A stretch of DNA of 64,000 bases from Cenococcum geophilum (lineage: Eukaryota): positions 15,314,001 to 15,378,000 of the forward strand of contig CP158635.1 in NCBI GenBank assembly GCA_050273025.1, written 5' to 3'. Every line of letters begins with the position of its first letter. The stretch's first letter is position 1. This document shows, in pieces, positions 23,961-37,073 of this stretch. The translations under genes were made by a program, and so were the position numbers. The notes beneath the pieces were generated by a model. The model had not been told where the DNA came from. It saw nothing but the letters and a program-made list of their open reading frames with translations, and ran no database searches.

Positions 23961-25591
23961 TGATTGGTGGACATCTATAATACTGAGTAACCCTTATGCA
24001 CAGTTGTGTGGCTCGTCAATCTCTAGCGTCAATATTGGGCAGACCCTCCCTATTGCAAGGGCCCATAAACTTTACGGGAAAGGCTGGAAGTCATGTCAGG
24101 GCCACCGGCAGCCCGCAGAGCGAGTTTTGCTCGCCTTCCACACACACCATGACTGGATGCTGTATATACCTATCAGTATCCGTCCTGGAGCCGCGGAAAC
24201 CGCGACAATGTTTGTTGGGACCGGCCTCAACCTGTTTGGAATCCAATCGCCATGGATCGACGAACTCAAGTTCGCCATCACGCTTGAAATGCCTTTCGTC
24301 CAACCCGCCGTTGCAACCCGGAGTCTCGTGAGTAGACGTCAATTCGTAAATGCCCGCTTGCGGAATGCGATCCACCTTTTCTGCATTGCTGGATCCTCTA
24401 TCAAGCGCCTATTTGAGTGTCATGGGTGTCGTCCCGCTGCAGAGTCCCGCTGGCTGCCGTCAGCACAGAGAGCCCTTTACCGTCCCCGCTCTAGCTGCCT
24501 CGAGTTTCGACCTCTCGCGCGTTTTGCGAGAGAAAGCTTTGTGGCAAACGGGGAACCTGCCCCGCCTGCACAAGGGTTGCCACTGCTCCGGACTCGACGG
24601 CACAGCATCGAACCCAATCGTTTTGAAAAGAGGCCACCTGCCGCTGCTGGGTGCACTACTTCGGCGCCCCCCGCCACGAGGTTTTCTCACACGCGCAAGT
24701 GGCTGCCGTTGGTGGATGAGCGTGTAGAAGGCCAACCCTTTGTGACCCATGGACATGATTCTGTAACCGTTGTAACAACGTGGCTCACACGGGTACGATG
24801 GCCGCTCCCGCCAAGGAGATGCTATGGTCGGGAAGTTGCGGATGGCTTGTGTTTGGGCCCAGGCCTCCACCTGTCAGGTTGCTCTGAGCTTGGGCCGATC
24901 GGGCTAGTGGGGCTGGATTCAGACAGAGTATGGAGGTTAATGGTGTGTTCGTGTGTGTGAATGGTGGAGCTGGAATCCGACCTTCTCTTCTTGGCTGCAT
25001 GTGAAAAGAATCATGGTAGGATTTTCAGATGTGCTGCTTCAAGGATCCAGTGCGTCTACTGCCGTAGCTAGAATATGAAACGCCACGTGAGTTATTTGAT
25101 CATTGGATGTTATCCCAGACTATCCTCTCACCATTTGTCATGGTATACATGCCCTGTGGTCCATCATTCACTGCATCGGGAGAAGTAGGAAGAAAGTTGA
25201 TGTAGAACCACCAGGGTAATATTATAGAGGGTCAAAGTGAATTACTACTTTCCTACATGCAAATCAAAAGGGGGAATAAGCATCGAAGGTTAAGAAAACA
25301 AATGAAAAAGGCATGTCAGGACAAAACAGACAGGAGGTATAGCTGTCGTCAGCGAAACCCCATGGTAAGAAGAGTACCTCGCTCGCTCCATGACTTTTCC
25401 TGAGTGTGCAGACTATCCATAAGAACAAACAAAAGGCGCTCTCTCGATGTTGAGAAAATGTAGTGCATGCCCCTTCGGCGACCGACGCCCGCTGCAACAA
25501 AACACCTACTTACCGAATCTTGAATTTCACTGTAAGCGCTCTATCCCCTCCCCCCACCACCATAATTATCCTGATCCCCTGCTGGAGCCGT

Positions 25592-27158
25592 TTAGGCTTC
25601 TTCGGCGTCATGGTCTACCGGCTGTCCGCTCTGCTCCCGGTGCATTCTGGCCTCGATCTCCTTGAGCTGGCTCTCACGTGCTAGGAGCTCCTGCCTCTTC
25701 TCGTTGATTTCGCGCTGCACCTTGACCTCGATCTCGCGCAGCTTCTCCTCCTCACGACGGAGCTGCTCCTCCTTCAGACGCACCGATTGGCTGGCTAAGT
25801 CTTCGGGGTTCATCGACGAATCCCTATTTAGCTGTCAATATGCATTTTACATGCAAGAGATGTTTTGCTGGGATTGGGTAATGGGAATATGTAACTTACG
25901 CAGCAGCACCACCTTCGACACTCTTGCTGAGCTTCTCCGTTCGGTAGTTCTCGTACAAGAAGTCGTGCGTGATTTCCTTGAGATCGGCAAGATGGCTGTG
26001 GAGAAGGGCGCTTCGCACAGCCAAGAAGTCTGAGTGGCGGGGGTTGTCCACCTCAACAATGCCCCAGGGGTATTGCCGAGCACGCACCCGCCGGCCGTTG
26101 ACCTCGACGACCTCCTCAGACCCAACAATGGCGAACGGCATGAGCCCGCGAAGCTCGGCATTCTCCTCAACCGTATCTTCATCGTCCTCTTCAATATCAT
26201 AAGGGAAATTGTAAACCGGGATGCGGTAATGTTCAATGTCCTCCATGACGAGCTTCTTTGACTCTGCAAGTTCTGCAGGCGTGAGCGAGTCAGCCTTGCC
26301 GATGACTGGAATGACGTTGACACGGGGTGAGAGGCGCTTCATAAGTTCAATGTCAAGCTCGCGGAGACTAGAAAGTTGGTTAGCATGCTCTTAGATATTA
26401 ATTGCTTAGAAGACTTACCCATGACCAGTAGGAGTGATGAAGTAAAGGAGGACGTGCACACGGTTATCCCTGAACCGAGGATTACGCTTAATGCGAGACT
26501 CTTCAGCGAGAATGTCATCGTATTGTCTCTCGAGGTATCCAACGATTTCTGAAAAACTGTACGTGCCGTGAGCATAGGAGCATTGATTTGGATCGCGCCT
26601 TCTATTACCTGGCCTCGTTGTCGATCTGGTCGCCGAACCCAGGTGTGTCAACAATTGTCAGTGAGATACGAGTGCCCTCCTCGTCGAGTTCTAATTCTGG
26701 TCGAAATGCATCAGCAGTTGTCCAAGCATCAACTCTTGCTTATTGCCTCATTCAACAACCTACCAACAGTGATTGGCTTGATCTTTACACCCTCTTCAAT
26801 ATGCGCGGTGGTTGGGTCGTCAGAGTCTTTGTGCTGGAGGACTTTCTTGCCACAGAGAGTGTTTACGAATGTAGTTCGTCCTAGGTGATGAGACCGTTAG
26901 CTTTAAGCAAGAAACTCGGATGGCCAAGCAGTCCGGCGACACGTACCTGTTCCTGAGGCGCCACACACCATCAAGCAGAACTGGATTCCCTTCTTGACAT
27001 TCTTCTTCCTGCGGGTCTTGAGGATCTAGGGAAAAGTCAGCGCATGCGCCATGGCCATTGATGTCTGTATGCGTGGGGGAGGCTGGTGGGTAAGGTGCAT
27101 GCGGCCAGTCTGAGAAGGATTGAGGAGGTCGTACAGAGCTCATTGCGGGCGAGGACAT
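25592..27158 (-). CDS. CDC11: Septin Cdc11/AspA, multi-exon
   Basis: RRKKNVKKGIQFCLMVCGASGTG|RTTFVNTL, LTIVDTPGFGDQID, DILAEESRIKRNPRFRDNRVH, VIGKADSLT, RQYPWG and a C-terminal coiled coil. Confidence 0.93.
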
Positions 27159-27908
27159 ATGCGAGTGATACGTTTTCAAAGGTATTCAGGCTCAGCACAA
27201 TAGCAGTGACTGAGATAAGAGCGGGAATCGCCAATAGATGCGAGTTTTGTTGGTGATGAACTTCGAGGAGATGTTGATGGGGAAATTTGGGACGTTGGCA
27301 GATGCTCCTTCTCAATGCAAAGGGGCTCGCTAAGGACCCTGTCTGCGCACGTCCACCCGTTGTCTGGCGCATAGTCCGAATCGTTGCTCCCTATAATTGC
27401 TCCCATGGAAACGGAACAGTTGAGTATTCGATTGTATTTTGTAATGGAGGCAGCGCTTGCGTGACAAGCGTAGTACTGTCACACCGCCATCGAAAGCGCC
27501 TGCTCCAATGCTTTGAGTATACTTATTCAAACTGCGAGATTCCACATGCCAGAACGGCTAAAGCAACCCTGGACACAGATGTCACGAAGAATCATTATTT
27601 GGAGCATGCATAGACTAGCAGGCCTGCAGGCCGCCAACCGAGCGTGAAGTTTAAGCTTAATGAAGTCTTCACGGTTGCTCACAACCAAAGAGTCACCTGG
27701 CTGCCTGTGTCTATTTAGGGCAGACGAAGAGTCTTTTGTGTTATCGTCGCCATGGAGCCATCGTGAAAACCACACAAACTCTGTCCTAAGGACCTCGTCT
27801 ATCCGGGCTTGTCCGAGAACGATACCAGCCGGATTTACTGGCGTAACTTCTGTGCCAGAGCTTCTTTGACTGTATCTACTGTCTAGTCGTAACACTTTTA
27901 CCTTCACC

Positions 27909-29292
27909 ATGAATACACGACCAGTTATAGATGAATCCACTGGGCCTGCTGCACTTTCGGCATCCTTCAATGGCGATAACAGTTGCTTTTCCGTTGCGCT
28001 CGAGACGGGTTTCCGCAGTAAGTGTCGCGAGTCCTTCTACGTGCTGTACTGATACATTCTCCCACCAAGTCTACTCAGCAAAATCATGCGATATGAAAGT
28101 AGCGCGAGGTACGCCGCCAAACTTACCCCCATCCCGCTGAAGCCTTTCCAAAACGCTTCCTCATCAGTGTCGTCGCTGATAGAGTCGCTTAGATCTCGGG
28201 ACCGGCATCGGATGTGCTGAGATGCTGAATACAACCAAATATATTGCCTTGGTCGGAGGAGGAAAGCAGCCAAAGTTCCCTCAAAACAAAGTCAGCATGT
28301 CAGATGACGGAGAGTGGGTGCTGGTGGGTCGAGAAGCTGACGTTAGATATAAGGTCATAATATGGAACGATTCGACTCAGACAGCCTCACTCTCTCTTGA
28401 GTTCCGAACGCCAGTACAACGAGTGCGACTATCACGATCTTACATCGTGGTTGTGCTTCTCAATAGCGTGAACCTGTACAAATTCTCGAGTCCTCCTCAG
28501 AAGATCGCTATTTTCGAAACTACAAACAATCCTTTTGGGCTTTGCTGTCTAGGAGAAAAGATCATAGCATTTCCAGGACGAACGCCGGGTCAAGTACAGC
28601 TTGTGGAGCTATCTACCCGAAATGTGAGCATCATACCAGCTCATGGGAATCCGCTCCGAGCACTGGAACTCAGCCGCGATGGAGAGATATTAGCTACCGC
28701 AAGCGAAACTGGCACATTGGTCCGTGTTTGGTCTACTGCCAACTGTACAAAACTTGGCGAGATGCGGCGTGGACTTGATCCAGCCACCATATTTTCCCTG
28801 GCCATCTCCCCCGATAATACACTTCTGGCCGTGACGTCGGATAAATCTACTTTACATATATTTGACCTGCCGCATCCAAAACGCCCCGAACAAAGTTCTT
28901 CGGATAAAAACCGAAACTCTCCCGCACCTTCAGTATCCGAGCCGGATGTTGGTTCTCAACATAAATGGGGAGTTTTATCGAAAATTCCTCTTTTACCACG
29001 TACCTTCTCAGATACCTACTCTTTCGCTTCTACTCATTTTGAAATGGGAGAGGAACCGTTAGGTTGGGGCATTGGGGGTCGTGGCACCAACAAATCCCCA
29101 ACATGGAATGCGCCGATTCCTGGAGTGCCTGGTGGGAGGCCTCCTAAAGGTCTTATAGGTTGGACTAATAACGAATCCCTATTAGTCATCGGTGCGGGTC
29201 AAGATGCGAGATGGGAGAAGTTCATTGTTGGCGTTTCTCAAGAGGGTAAAAGAGTTTGCTTCCGAGAAGGGTGGAGGAAGTATTTAGAATGA
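27909..29292 (+). CDS. HSV2: PROPPIN/WIPI WD40 protein Hsv2 (SVP1-like protein 2)
   Basis: MNTRPVID...SASFNGDNSCFSVALETGFR, ALVGGGKQPKFPQNK|VIIWND, IIPAH, LATASETGTLVRVW, EMRRG lipid-binding motif and SDKSTLHIFD. Three introns. Confidence 0.9.
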
Positions 29293-29473
29293 GAAATTTT
29301 GGACCATGGAGTTATGCGTATGCTTGATTCATTGTGGCATATAGGAGTTATGATTTTTCATATTTTTGGAGACTCACGAAGGAACTACAGGGCAGGCGTT
29401 TGTGTTCCATTCATGTTGTAAAATTTTACGTTGGAATTGCAGGATTTCAGGTTCCAGTATCAGAGAACGAGTA

Positions 29474-29761
29474 TCCCTTGACCCGTCAGCGTCCTACGTG
29501 TAAGTGGTCCGTGCGCAAACAACAGTTTTAAACAACGTGTGTATCTATATAGATTCCATCAATTAATTACCTACTACAATGCAAAATACGGTTCTACAAG
29601 AAGGATAAGTGCTAGCAACTTAACTCCCAAAATTGGGCGTGTTTATCAAATTACTATATAATCAAAGGCTTTATATTCCTCAGTACAGGCGTTAAATTCA
29701 GCTCGATTGATTGGCTAGTTCTTATCGATAACCGTTAGATGCGAATTGATGGGTCAAGGGA
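29474..29761. mobile_element. TA-flanked MITE, copy 2 (opposite orientation)
   Basis: ta|TCCCTTGACCCGTCAGCGTCCTACG ... ATTGGCTAGTTCTTATCGATAACCG...TGATGGGTCAAGGGA|ta. Confidence 0.75.
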
Positions 29762-30246
29762 TACTTCATTAGTGTATAAGGTTTACGTTGTAACTTCTTT
29801 TGTGTGGGAGCTGTCTTATCGAAAAACTTGCAGATGAGAAAACTGCAGTATATATAGAGTTCTGGCATAAGATTCTGGCTTGATATTGTCCAATCGCTCC
29901 TCCTTAGACTTTTAGTTAGGAAAATGCGTAGGCATAGATACTCATAGCAGCGCAGTAAAGCTCAATGAAGTCTTACGTTATAGAGTTTGTATTCAATCTA
30001 ATTGCGATGGAAATATGCCAAGTTTGGTTTAATGAAGACGAGAGGGCGGGTTCGTATGGCGTTCGGAGGAGAGGAAGTTGCCCCTCGGCCGTATTCAGTA
30101 AGGTGGTCCACGGCGAGCTCTCAATCGCTGCCCGCATATCTCATGCTAGCCTTATGCAATTGGGCAAGCAACCTCTACCCCAGACACGCTTGGTCAACTG
30201 CATATTTGCCAAAGTCCGTCATGGTCCACTCCACTTCCGATAGGAA

Positions 30247-32240
30247 ATGACCGCCCAACATCGTCAACCATCTTATCTCCAATAACCTCCATCATACCGC
30301 TCGGGTGGATTGGGATCATAACCTTTGCCTTCTGTCATGTAGTCGGTATTGTCATTTATCGACGATGTTTCCATCCACTTGCAAAGATACCTGGGCCGTT
30401 TTTACCCTCTGTCACTACATTCTATCAAACATACTACAGCGGCCAGTATTATAAGGAGATTGGTAGACTTCATGAGCAGTATGGTAAGTCCCAAAACTCT
30501 ATCCTCTGTGGGATTAGGACACGAATCTCTATATTAAGCGACAATTTTCTGCCTTGGATACCTTCAAGACTATTATCACTGGCGAAGTCAAATTTGCAGT
30601 CAATTTATTAAATCCTCAACTACTTTTCTTTTAAAGCCATTGTTTTCTTCATCTAGAAGGCTTTGAGGTTCCTCCCTAACCTAACAGGGCCCGTGGTACG
30701 GATTACCCCCTACGAGATCCATCTTAGCGACCCGGAGAACTACGATAGAATTTACCACATGGGCACAAAGTTCTGGAAGAGCCCCACCTTCTACGGCTCC
30801 TTTTGTATTCCTCATTCGACCTTTGCTACGCCAAGTAATGAGGTCCACAAGCATAAGAGAGCTATGTTGAACCCAATTTTTTCCCGGAAGATGGTCCTCA
30901 AGCTTGAACGTGTGGTCCAGAGCAAGGCAAACAAATTAATCAAACTGATGGAAACTGGTATTCGAAATAGGAAACCTGTTGACCTGCACCATGCCTTTCG
31001 CTCAGTCTCTGTGGATGTTATTACCGACTATGCTTTTGACAAATCTTTTGATCTTCTAGACTCACCGGATCTTGGTTCCAAGTTCTTTACTATGGTTCGC
31101 GGGGTAGGTCCGGCCATGTGGATTCTTCAGCAATTTGAAATTTTACAAGATCTAGCTTTGAAAATTCCACTATGGCTGGCGCCTATATTGAGTGAACCTT
31201 TAGGTCATGTAGTAGGGTTACAAATGGTAAATTACATATTCATAATCCCAAATGTGGTAATATTACTTACCTTATTAGGAGGGAGTCAAGCAAATCCAAG
31301 ATGTACGAGCTCGTATGGAAGCCGGAAAGCTTGGATCATCCCGACCAACTATATTCTCCGAGCTACTTGATCCAGAAAAGAACTATGGAAAGCCTATTCC
31401 TTCTACCATGGAGCTCAAAGATGAAGTTCACAGCTTGCTTGCAGCGGCCGCAGATACCACTGGCAATGCTATGATTACTGCCGCGTATCATGTCATTTCA
31501 GATTGGAACACTTATCAAAAGGTCAAAGCTGAGCTCATCGAGGCATTCCCAAGCTCAAGTTCTGCTCTAGATTTTGTCACTCTTGAGAAACTTGCGTATC
31601 TTGTGAGTGACTCCGTAGTGTTACAGTATATTAAATCTTTTTAATTTGCGTAGACTGGTATCGTTAAGGAAGCACTTCGGTATTAAAACTCTAGCTAAAT
31701 CTTTAAAGTCCCCTAAAAGCTAACGTTATGCGAGATTATCGTTTGGTGTGGTTGGACGCCTTCCGAGAGTAACGCCTGAGCCTGGTGCATCGTTTAATGG
31801 ATATTATATACCTCCAGGGGTGAGAAATATCCGTCTTCTTGGAATGAATTCTATAAGATACTGACAGTTACACCCGTATCCCATAGACTATTGTTGGAAT
31901 GAGCTCTTGGATGATGCACCGCAACGAAAAGATATTTCCCGATGCCATGAAGTTTAAACCAGAGAGATGGCTGGATCCAGCGGATTCTCGGAGACTGGAA
32001 AAACACATGGTACCTTTCGGGAGAGGGACAAGGCAATGTGTGGGATGCCGTATAGTCTTTGTTATTCTGTCACAATATGAATGAACCCGCTGACAAACTA
32101 ATTTAGACTAGCTTACTGCGAACTGTATGTTACTCTAGGAACATTATTCCGACGCTTTGATAGCCTTCGGGTTTTCCAAGCCAAACCAGAAGACTTATTG
32201 TAAGATGATTACATTTCTACTTACACTGTTGCATGGTAAA
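30247..32240 (+). pseudogene. Cytochrome P450 (trichodiene-oxygenase-like group), probably pseudogenised
   Basis: Motifs FHPLAKIPGP, GPVVRITPYEIHL, AAADTT, KEALR, FKPERW and FGRGTRQCVG. The ATG at 30247 is one base out of frame, one base is missing just after the heme Cys, and there is an in-frame TAA at 32201-32203 within PEDLL*DDY. Confidence 0.8.
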
Positions 32241-32471
32241 AGCTACTGGAGCCTTTTTTTTTAAATGAAATTTTTTTTTTCAATTAATGAAGCATAATTA
32301 AAGTATTATAGCGACTATCATTGATCCATAGCTCCCTATTCATTCACTTATGAGTGCCTTTGGAACTTTCACACTCGCAGAAGCATCTAGAACTGAGCTG
32401 CTAGCATTACTGAAGCGTAACTGACTTCAACAGCTGCATCGATCAAATAGACTATCAGGAAACAGGCCCTT

Positions 32472-32862
32472 TTACCGACAATCCACCCGACCTAATAGAC
32501 AACTCGTGTTCCACACCCTTGCTACCTCGTTGGAGCCCCCCGTTTTAACTGCCAAGATGGAACGAATTCTTGTAGGCCGCTGTATTTTGGAGTTAGCTGA
32601 AACATCTGGGGAACGTGTTCGGGAGAAACTCACAGTTAAAGATGGACTCGGTGGATAAGAGGTTTTCATGCGTCTTTGGCATCACATCCTTCTTTAAAAG
32701 AGCATCCACGGATGAAGAAGATCCATTGAGACCTTTTGAGATTACACGGTAAAAGGGGAGCTTTTTTGGTATCTGAGCTGGTGCAGTGGGGGGTGCGTAC
32801 GTGTATTGAGAAGGTTTTGTGTCCCTCGCATTGCCGTTCGTTGAGATTTGTTTGGCAGACAT
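32472..32862 (-). pseudogene. Possible gene fragment divergent from the Zn2Cys6 gene, family not recognised
   Basis: 89-aa ATG-initiated ORF after a pyrimidine-rich leader, with protein-like text continuing past TAA stops. No motif identified. Confidence 0.25.
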
Positions 32863-33567
32863 GATGTTTTAAAGTAGGGGGTAGATTGCAAGGTGTGAAG
32901 CTCAATATTTGAACGGTTCTCCTATTTTACTTATGTGTGTTTGAGGCTCATTTACTCGAAAAACCACGCTTTATATGGTCTTTCTTCGTACGGAATTCAC
33001 GAAATTAAACCCGTAGATACATCATCCTAGCCAATCGTGTTCGGGGTAAGTTGATGCCTTGAACAGGCCTGGTCTTCAATAACGTATGGACGAGGGCTTC
33101 TCGCTTAGCTAAATGGAGCGTGAGCCAATTGTGAGGCGAGAAACGACGGAGTTCATGTTCGGAGTTCGCATCCGTCAGTGCAAGCAACTCCGTCAGTTGA
33201 TCCCGGTTACTACGGAGTTGAAATCATGCAGCAACCGCACCCAACACCTCCACTGTTAATCTCATCATATCTGAAAAGACATCTCTTTTTCCTATTCAAT
33301 CCAATCCAATCCGCTTCTGCGCCCGGCGTATCCGGGAATCGTGTCGAAGAGGAAATTGAATATCTTAAGGCCGTTTCGTGGAGCAACATAATTTGGTTGA
33401 GTGAGGGAGGCTAGAGACTAGCCAATACTCCCAGTGATTACGCTGAGGAACTGGCTAGAGAAGCTCGAGATATTTCCTCGATTGCCTGCCGATGGCCATT
33501 GGTGTCCACGACTATGACTAGAACAGGGTTCCCAGCACGTCTCAGGACGTCGCATGAAACACGACGA

Positions 33568-35819
33568 ATGAATACCTCCTACCGTAGGAATGGGAAGCTT
33601 CAATCTTGTGAGCCTTGCCGCAAAGGAAAACTCCGTTGTGACCATATGATGCCGACTTGCGGCAGGTGTGCGCGTCGCAATAAAGCTGAGCAGTGCATCT
33701 ATCATCCAGCTCCTCTGACACGAGCACTTCCTACTCCTCATCCCTCAGAGTCAGACTCTGGACAGAGCCCAGTTTCTGATCCCCAAGTTAACGAAGATAG
33801 CCCTGAGTTTCTATCAGCTGGTCAGCCCATTAATTCACTATTTTTTGGAGACTTAGGTATTCGGAACGCTGTATCACGGTCAGGTAGTCTCAATGAACAA
33901 ACATGCATACGTTCGCCCAATTCCCACAGGAACACCGGGTTCCTTGGAGCTACCTCGTACTCAGCAATTCTTTCAGAGAATGAAGTCAATATCGGAATTG
34001 GCCCTGGCAATGCAGAATCCATTCCCTATTCCAGTAGTACCGTATCGCGGATCCACATACAGAAGGGTGCAGATATCCTTTTTCTACTGAAAGACATGCC
34101 GATTTTCAACCGCTTTATCGAAAGATGGTTTTCTTTATCTAAGGGTATCGTGGTGATCGAGCCGATGGTGAAGCAGTGGGCTGGATCGCTTTGGTTAGCC
34201 CATCACAAAGTTCTCGAATCCCAGAAGCCCGAGCGGTTGCTCCAGTTATCTGAGTCTGTTTGGCTAAATACCCTCAAGCCATTAGGATTCAACGGGAAGA
34301 CAGTACCACAGGAGTTTGTCGCGATGTCTACCGGTGAACATCTCCGCTGGGAAGTTGTCGGCATAATATTTTCTGTTGTAGGCATGCTTGCTATGACTTT
34401 ACTGGGTCAGTAAATATTTCTCAGTTACTTAAGATTGTTTTAAAATAAACATACCCTGACTCTAATTTAGACGGAGATCCTATATTCTGTACCCATGATG
34501 ACGAGCCGCTCGACCGTAAGCACTTTGCGCTTACAGCTTGGGACGCCTCGGAGGCTTGCTTAGCATTCTGCAATGAGTTTGATATCTTGAATGACCTCTA
34601 TATATGGATGCTGTATGAGAACACCGTTCTGTCATCCTCGTTACATCCGAAAGGCAGTGAGTATTGTCGACGGGATTTCAATAAGATCTCTTTGTCTAGT
34701 TCAATTTAATATTGCGCTAACCGCTGTCAAGGTTACGCGAATTGGCGGAAATCCGGCGAGCTTAATAATGCATTACTGGCATTCGGGCTCCACCAAGAGA
34801 TCAAGGTGGATGATGAGACGCCATTTTTCATCACTGAATTCCGCAAAAAGACCTTCGTTAGCGCATATTCGAACGACAAGTATATGGCAACGTTTGTTGG
34901 ACGACCGCCCCGACTTAGCCATCGTTATTGCCTCTTGCAGTTGCCTCTAGACCTTAATGACAACCAGACCATGTCAAATGGGCTGGACCTGGACAATGCA
35001 ATTGCGACGCTTGATGATGAGGGCTGGAATCAGAGAGGCACAATTCATCGGTGTACTTTTGCTAGAATATTTGCCCAGAATGCGAGAATACGGGAAGACA
35101 TCTTAGAGATCTCTTTGGGGGTATTGCAAGAGGATATAGTTTTACGCGCTGAGACTATTGAGAAACGAGCCATCCAAATGTGGGAGAATCTTCCACACTT
35201 TCTTCGGATTGATCCTCAAAACTCGTGGAACATCAAGCGTGCTCCCGTCGAGTTGCTATTCCTCGTCTACATTCGCCTTGAGAACCTCAACCACCAATTT
35301 CTCCTCCAGCGCACACTGATTAAACAAGCAAGCACTCATACCGCCAAACTTCTGGTTATTGCAAGAGATATATTCTCTAATGTATTGACAATAGTAAACA
35401 ATCGGGACTCCATTAGAGATTTTCAGATTGATTTCATGCTAATTATCTGCACACACGGCCTTCCAAGTTCAGCCGTACTCGCGGTCGAGCTTCTTCGGCA
35501 GGAGCAGACCAGCGGTTCCACAGGCCAGCCGCTGCCACGATCCGAAACCGTCCAAGACCTTAGTGTCTTCGTTGCCTGCCTTGGCTCTATCCGGCCTGAT
35601 AGTGGAAGCTACTCCATCTGTGAGCGCGGATGCAAGTTCTTGAAATGTATCCTAGACACAATTCTTTCTTCAGCACCAGCTGCCACATCCAACTTAAGCA
35701 CTTTGGCCGTTCAAGACCCGAGCTGGTCGACCCCGCTATTTGGTGGAAATGATGGAGACTTTATGCGCTGGTTGGAAACTATGGAGTGCGAGCAGGAAAG
35801 TTGGACGAACTTCAGCTGA
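33568..35819 (+). CDS. Zn(II)2Cys6 fungal transcription factor, 3 exons
   Basis: RRNGKLQSCEPCRKGKLRCDHMMPTCGRCARRNKAEQCIY; fungal TF middle region LRWEVVG, FGLHQE, DKYMATFVGRPPRL. Confidence 0.92.
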
Positions 35820-36338
35820 TGTAGCCGCCTGCGATGAAGCCCTCAAGTAGCAGCATATTCGAGGCCTGTCCGCCTGAAGCAGTCTCTTGAAAAGGTTACC
35901 GCAAAAGTAAAAATAGAAAGATTGAGGAAAACGTACCGATAACTCATGTTGGGAACTCTTTTACGTACACAGTCTTTCCAAAACGCGGAAGGATTTTAGG
36001 TAGTAAAGTAGGCGAGGGGGAGTTTCCAAGGCAACGATGGAAGTAGCCTTGGAAATAGTGTGGTTGGTGGCGAAAGGATTTGAAAGTTATGTTTAATGCG
36101 GTCAACCATTTGGAAGGAGTCAGAGTAAACCTAAAGTTTTTACGACTACAGAGACTGAAATTCAGAGCAAGGCTTCGCAACTATGAGATTTTCTTCTTCC
36201 ATTGACTTTACTTAATCTACCACTTGCCTGCAAAGTCTATACAGAGCTAGCAACATCTCGACACTGCCTCTTTGACTTCTCAACAGGCAATCGTTCACTG
36301 CATTGTCTTTTAACAAACATAGTCACTCATCGAGAAGA

Positions 36339-37073
36339 ATGGAGAACCAGCCGATCTGCAAGAATAGCAAACCACCGGAAACAAATCCTCATCGAAACGA
36401 TTCAGCAGACCAAGACTCTGTCGCAGAGATTACGCAATGGCGTAGATCGCGCAGACATACCCGTCGTCGAACTGCAAGAAGGCCCAGCGTCGAAATCCCA
36501 GGGTTTCTCCGACGCGAGGTATTGGAAAGAAACCGAATGGAGAGAATGAACGATACCACCGACACTTCAAACATACAGACTAACACCTGTGAACCAATAC
36601 CCACAAAACCTAGAGTCGACTCCGTAAGCTCTTGCCCTACTGAGCCCTCAGGTCTTACCGGCTTTCCCGAGAATGAGAATGCTGTCGTCGCTAGGGAGAA
36701 TACCCGAAAATGGACGAAAGAGCGCGGTAGGCGGTATCTCAGGACGCAGCGCAAGGCCTTCGAAACCGAACTGGCGTACTACGACACCATGCCCGTGCCG
36801 GATTGCATGCGGGTAGAGCTCGAGCGCCCGACTCCGCGCGCGAACACGCTCAAAAATCTATACAAGTACTACTATCGTAAGATTCCCAGACCTGGAGCGA
36901 GGCGCACATATACTAAGATGATGGATTCGTGGTTATCCGTCTATCGGATGAGAAGACTGAGGAGGCAAATAAAGGAGGTTTGGGAGGACAAAGATGGCGA
37001 GGAGGATGATGAGGACCTAGATGATGAGGACCTCGATGATGAGGACCTCGATGATAGTGCAGAGGAAGATTAA
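36339..37073 (+). CDS. Hypothetical protein, Arg-rich with acidic (DDEDL)3 tail
   Basis: 244-codon open frame from ATG 36339, with a 15-nt repeat GATGATGAGGACCT(A/C) near the end. No known domain seen. Confidence 0.5.
   Translation: MENQPICKNSKPPETNPHRNDSADQDSVAEITQWRRSRRHTRRRTARRPSVEIPGFLRREVLERNRMERMNDTTDTSNIQTNTCEPIPTKPRVDSVSSCPTEPSGLTGFPENENAVVARENTRKWTKERGRRYLRTQRKAFETELAYYDTMPVPDCMRVELERPTPRANTLKNLYKYYYRKIPRPGARRTYTKMMDSWLSVYRMRRLRRQIKEVWEDKDGEEDDEDLDDEDLDDEDLDDSAEED

Noticed and set aside
24004..24960. 318-aa ORF
   Set aside because: Non-ATG start, no motif, and an Arg/Pro/Cys-rich composition typical of chance ORFs in GC-rich DNA.
28291..28353. Apparent 21-aa insertion in Hsv2
   Set aside because: An in-frame, stop-free 63-nt intron (GTCAGC...GCTGAC...AAG). 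The same applies to 57543-57611 in the BTB gene.
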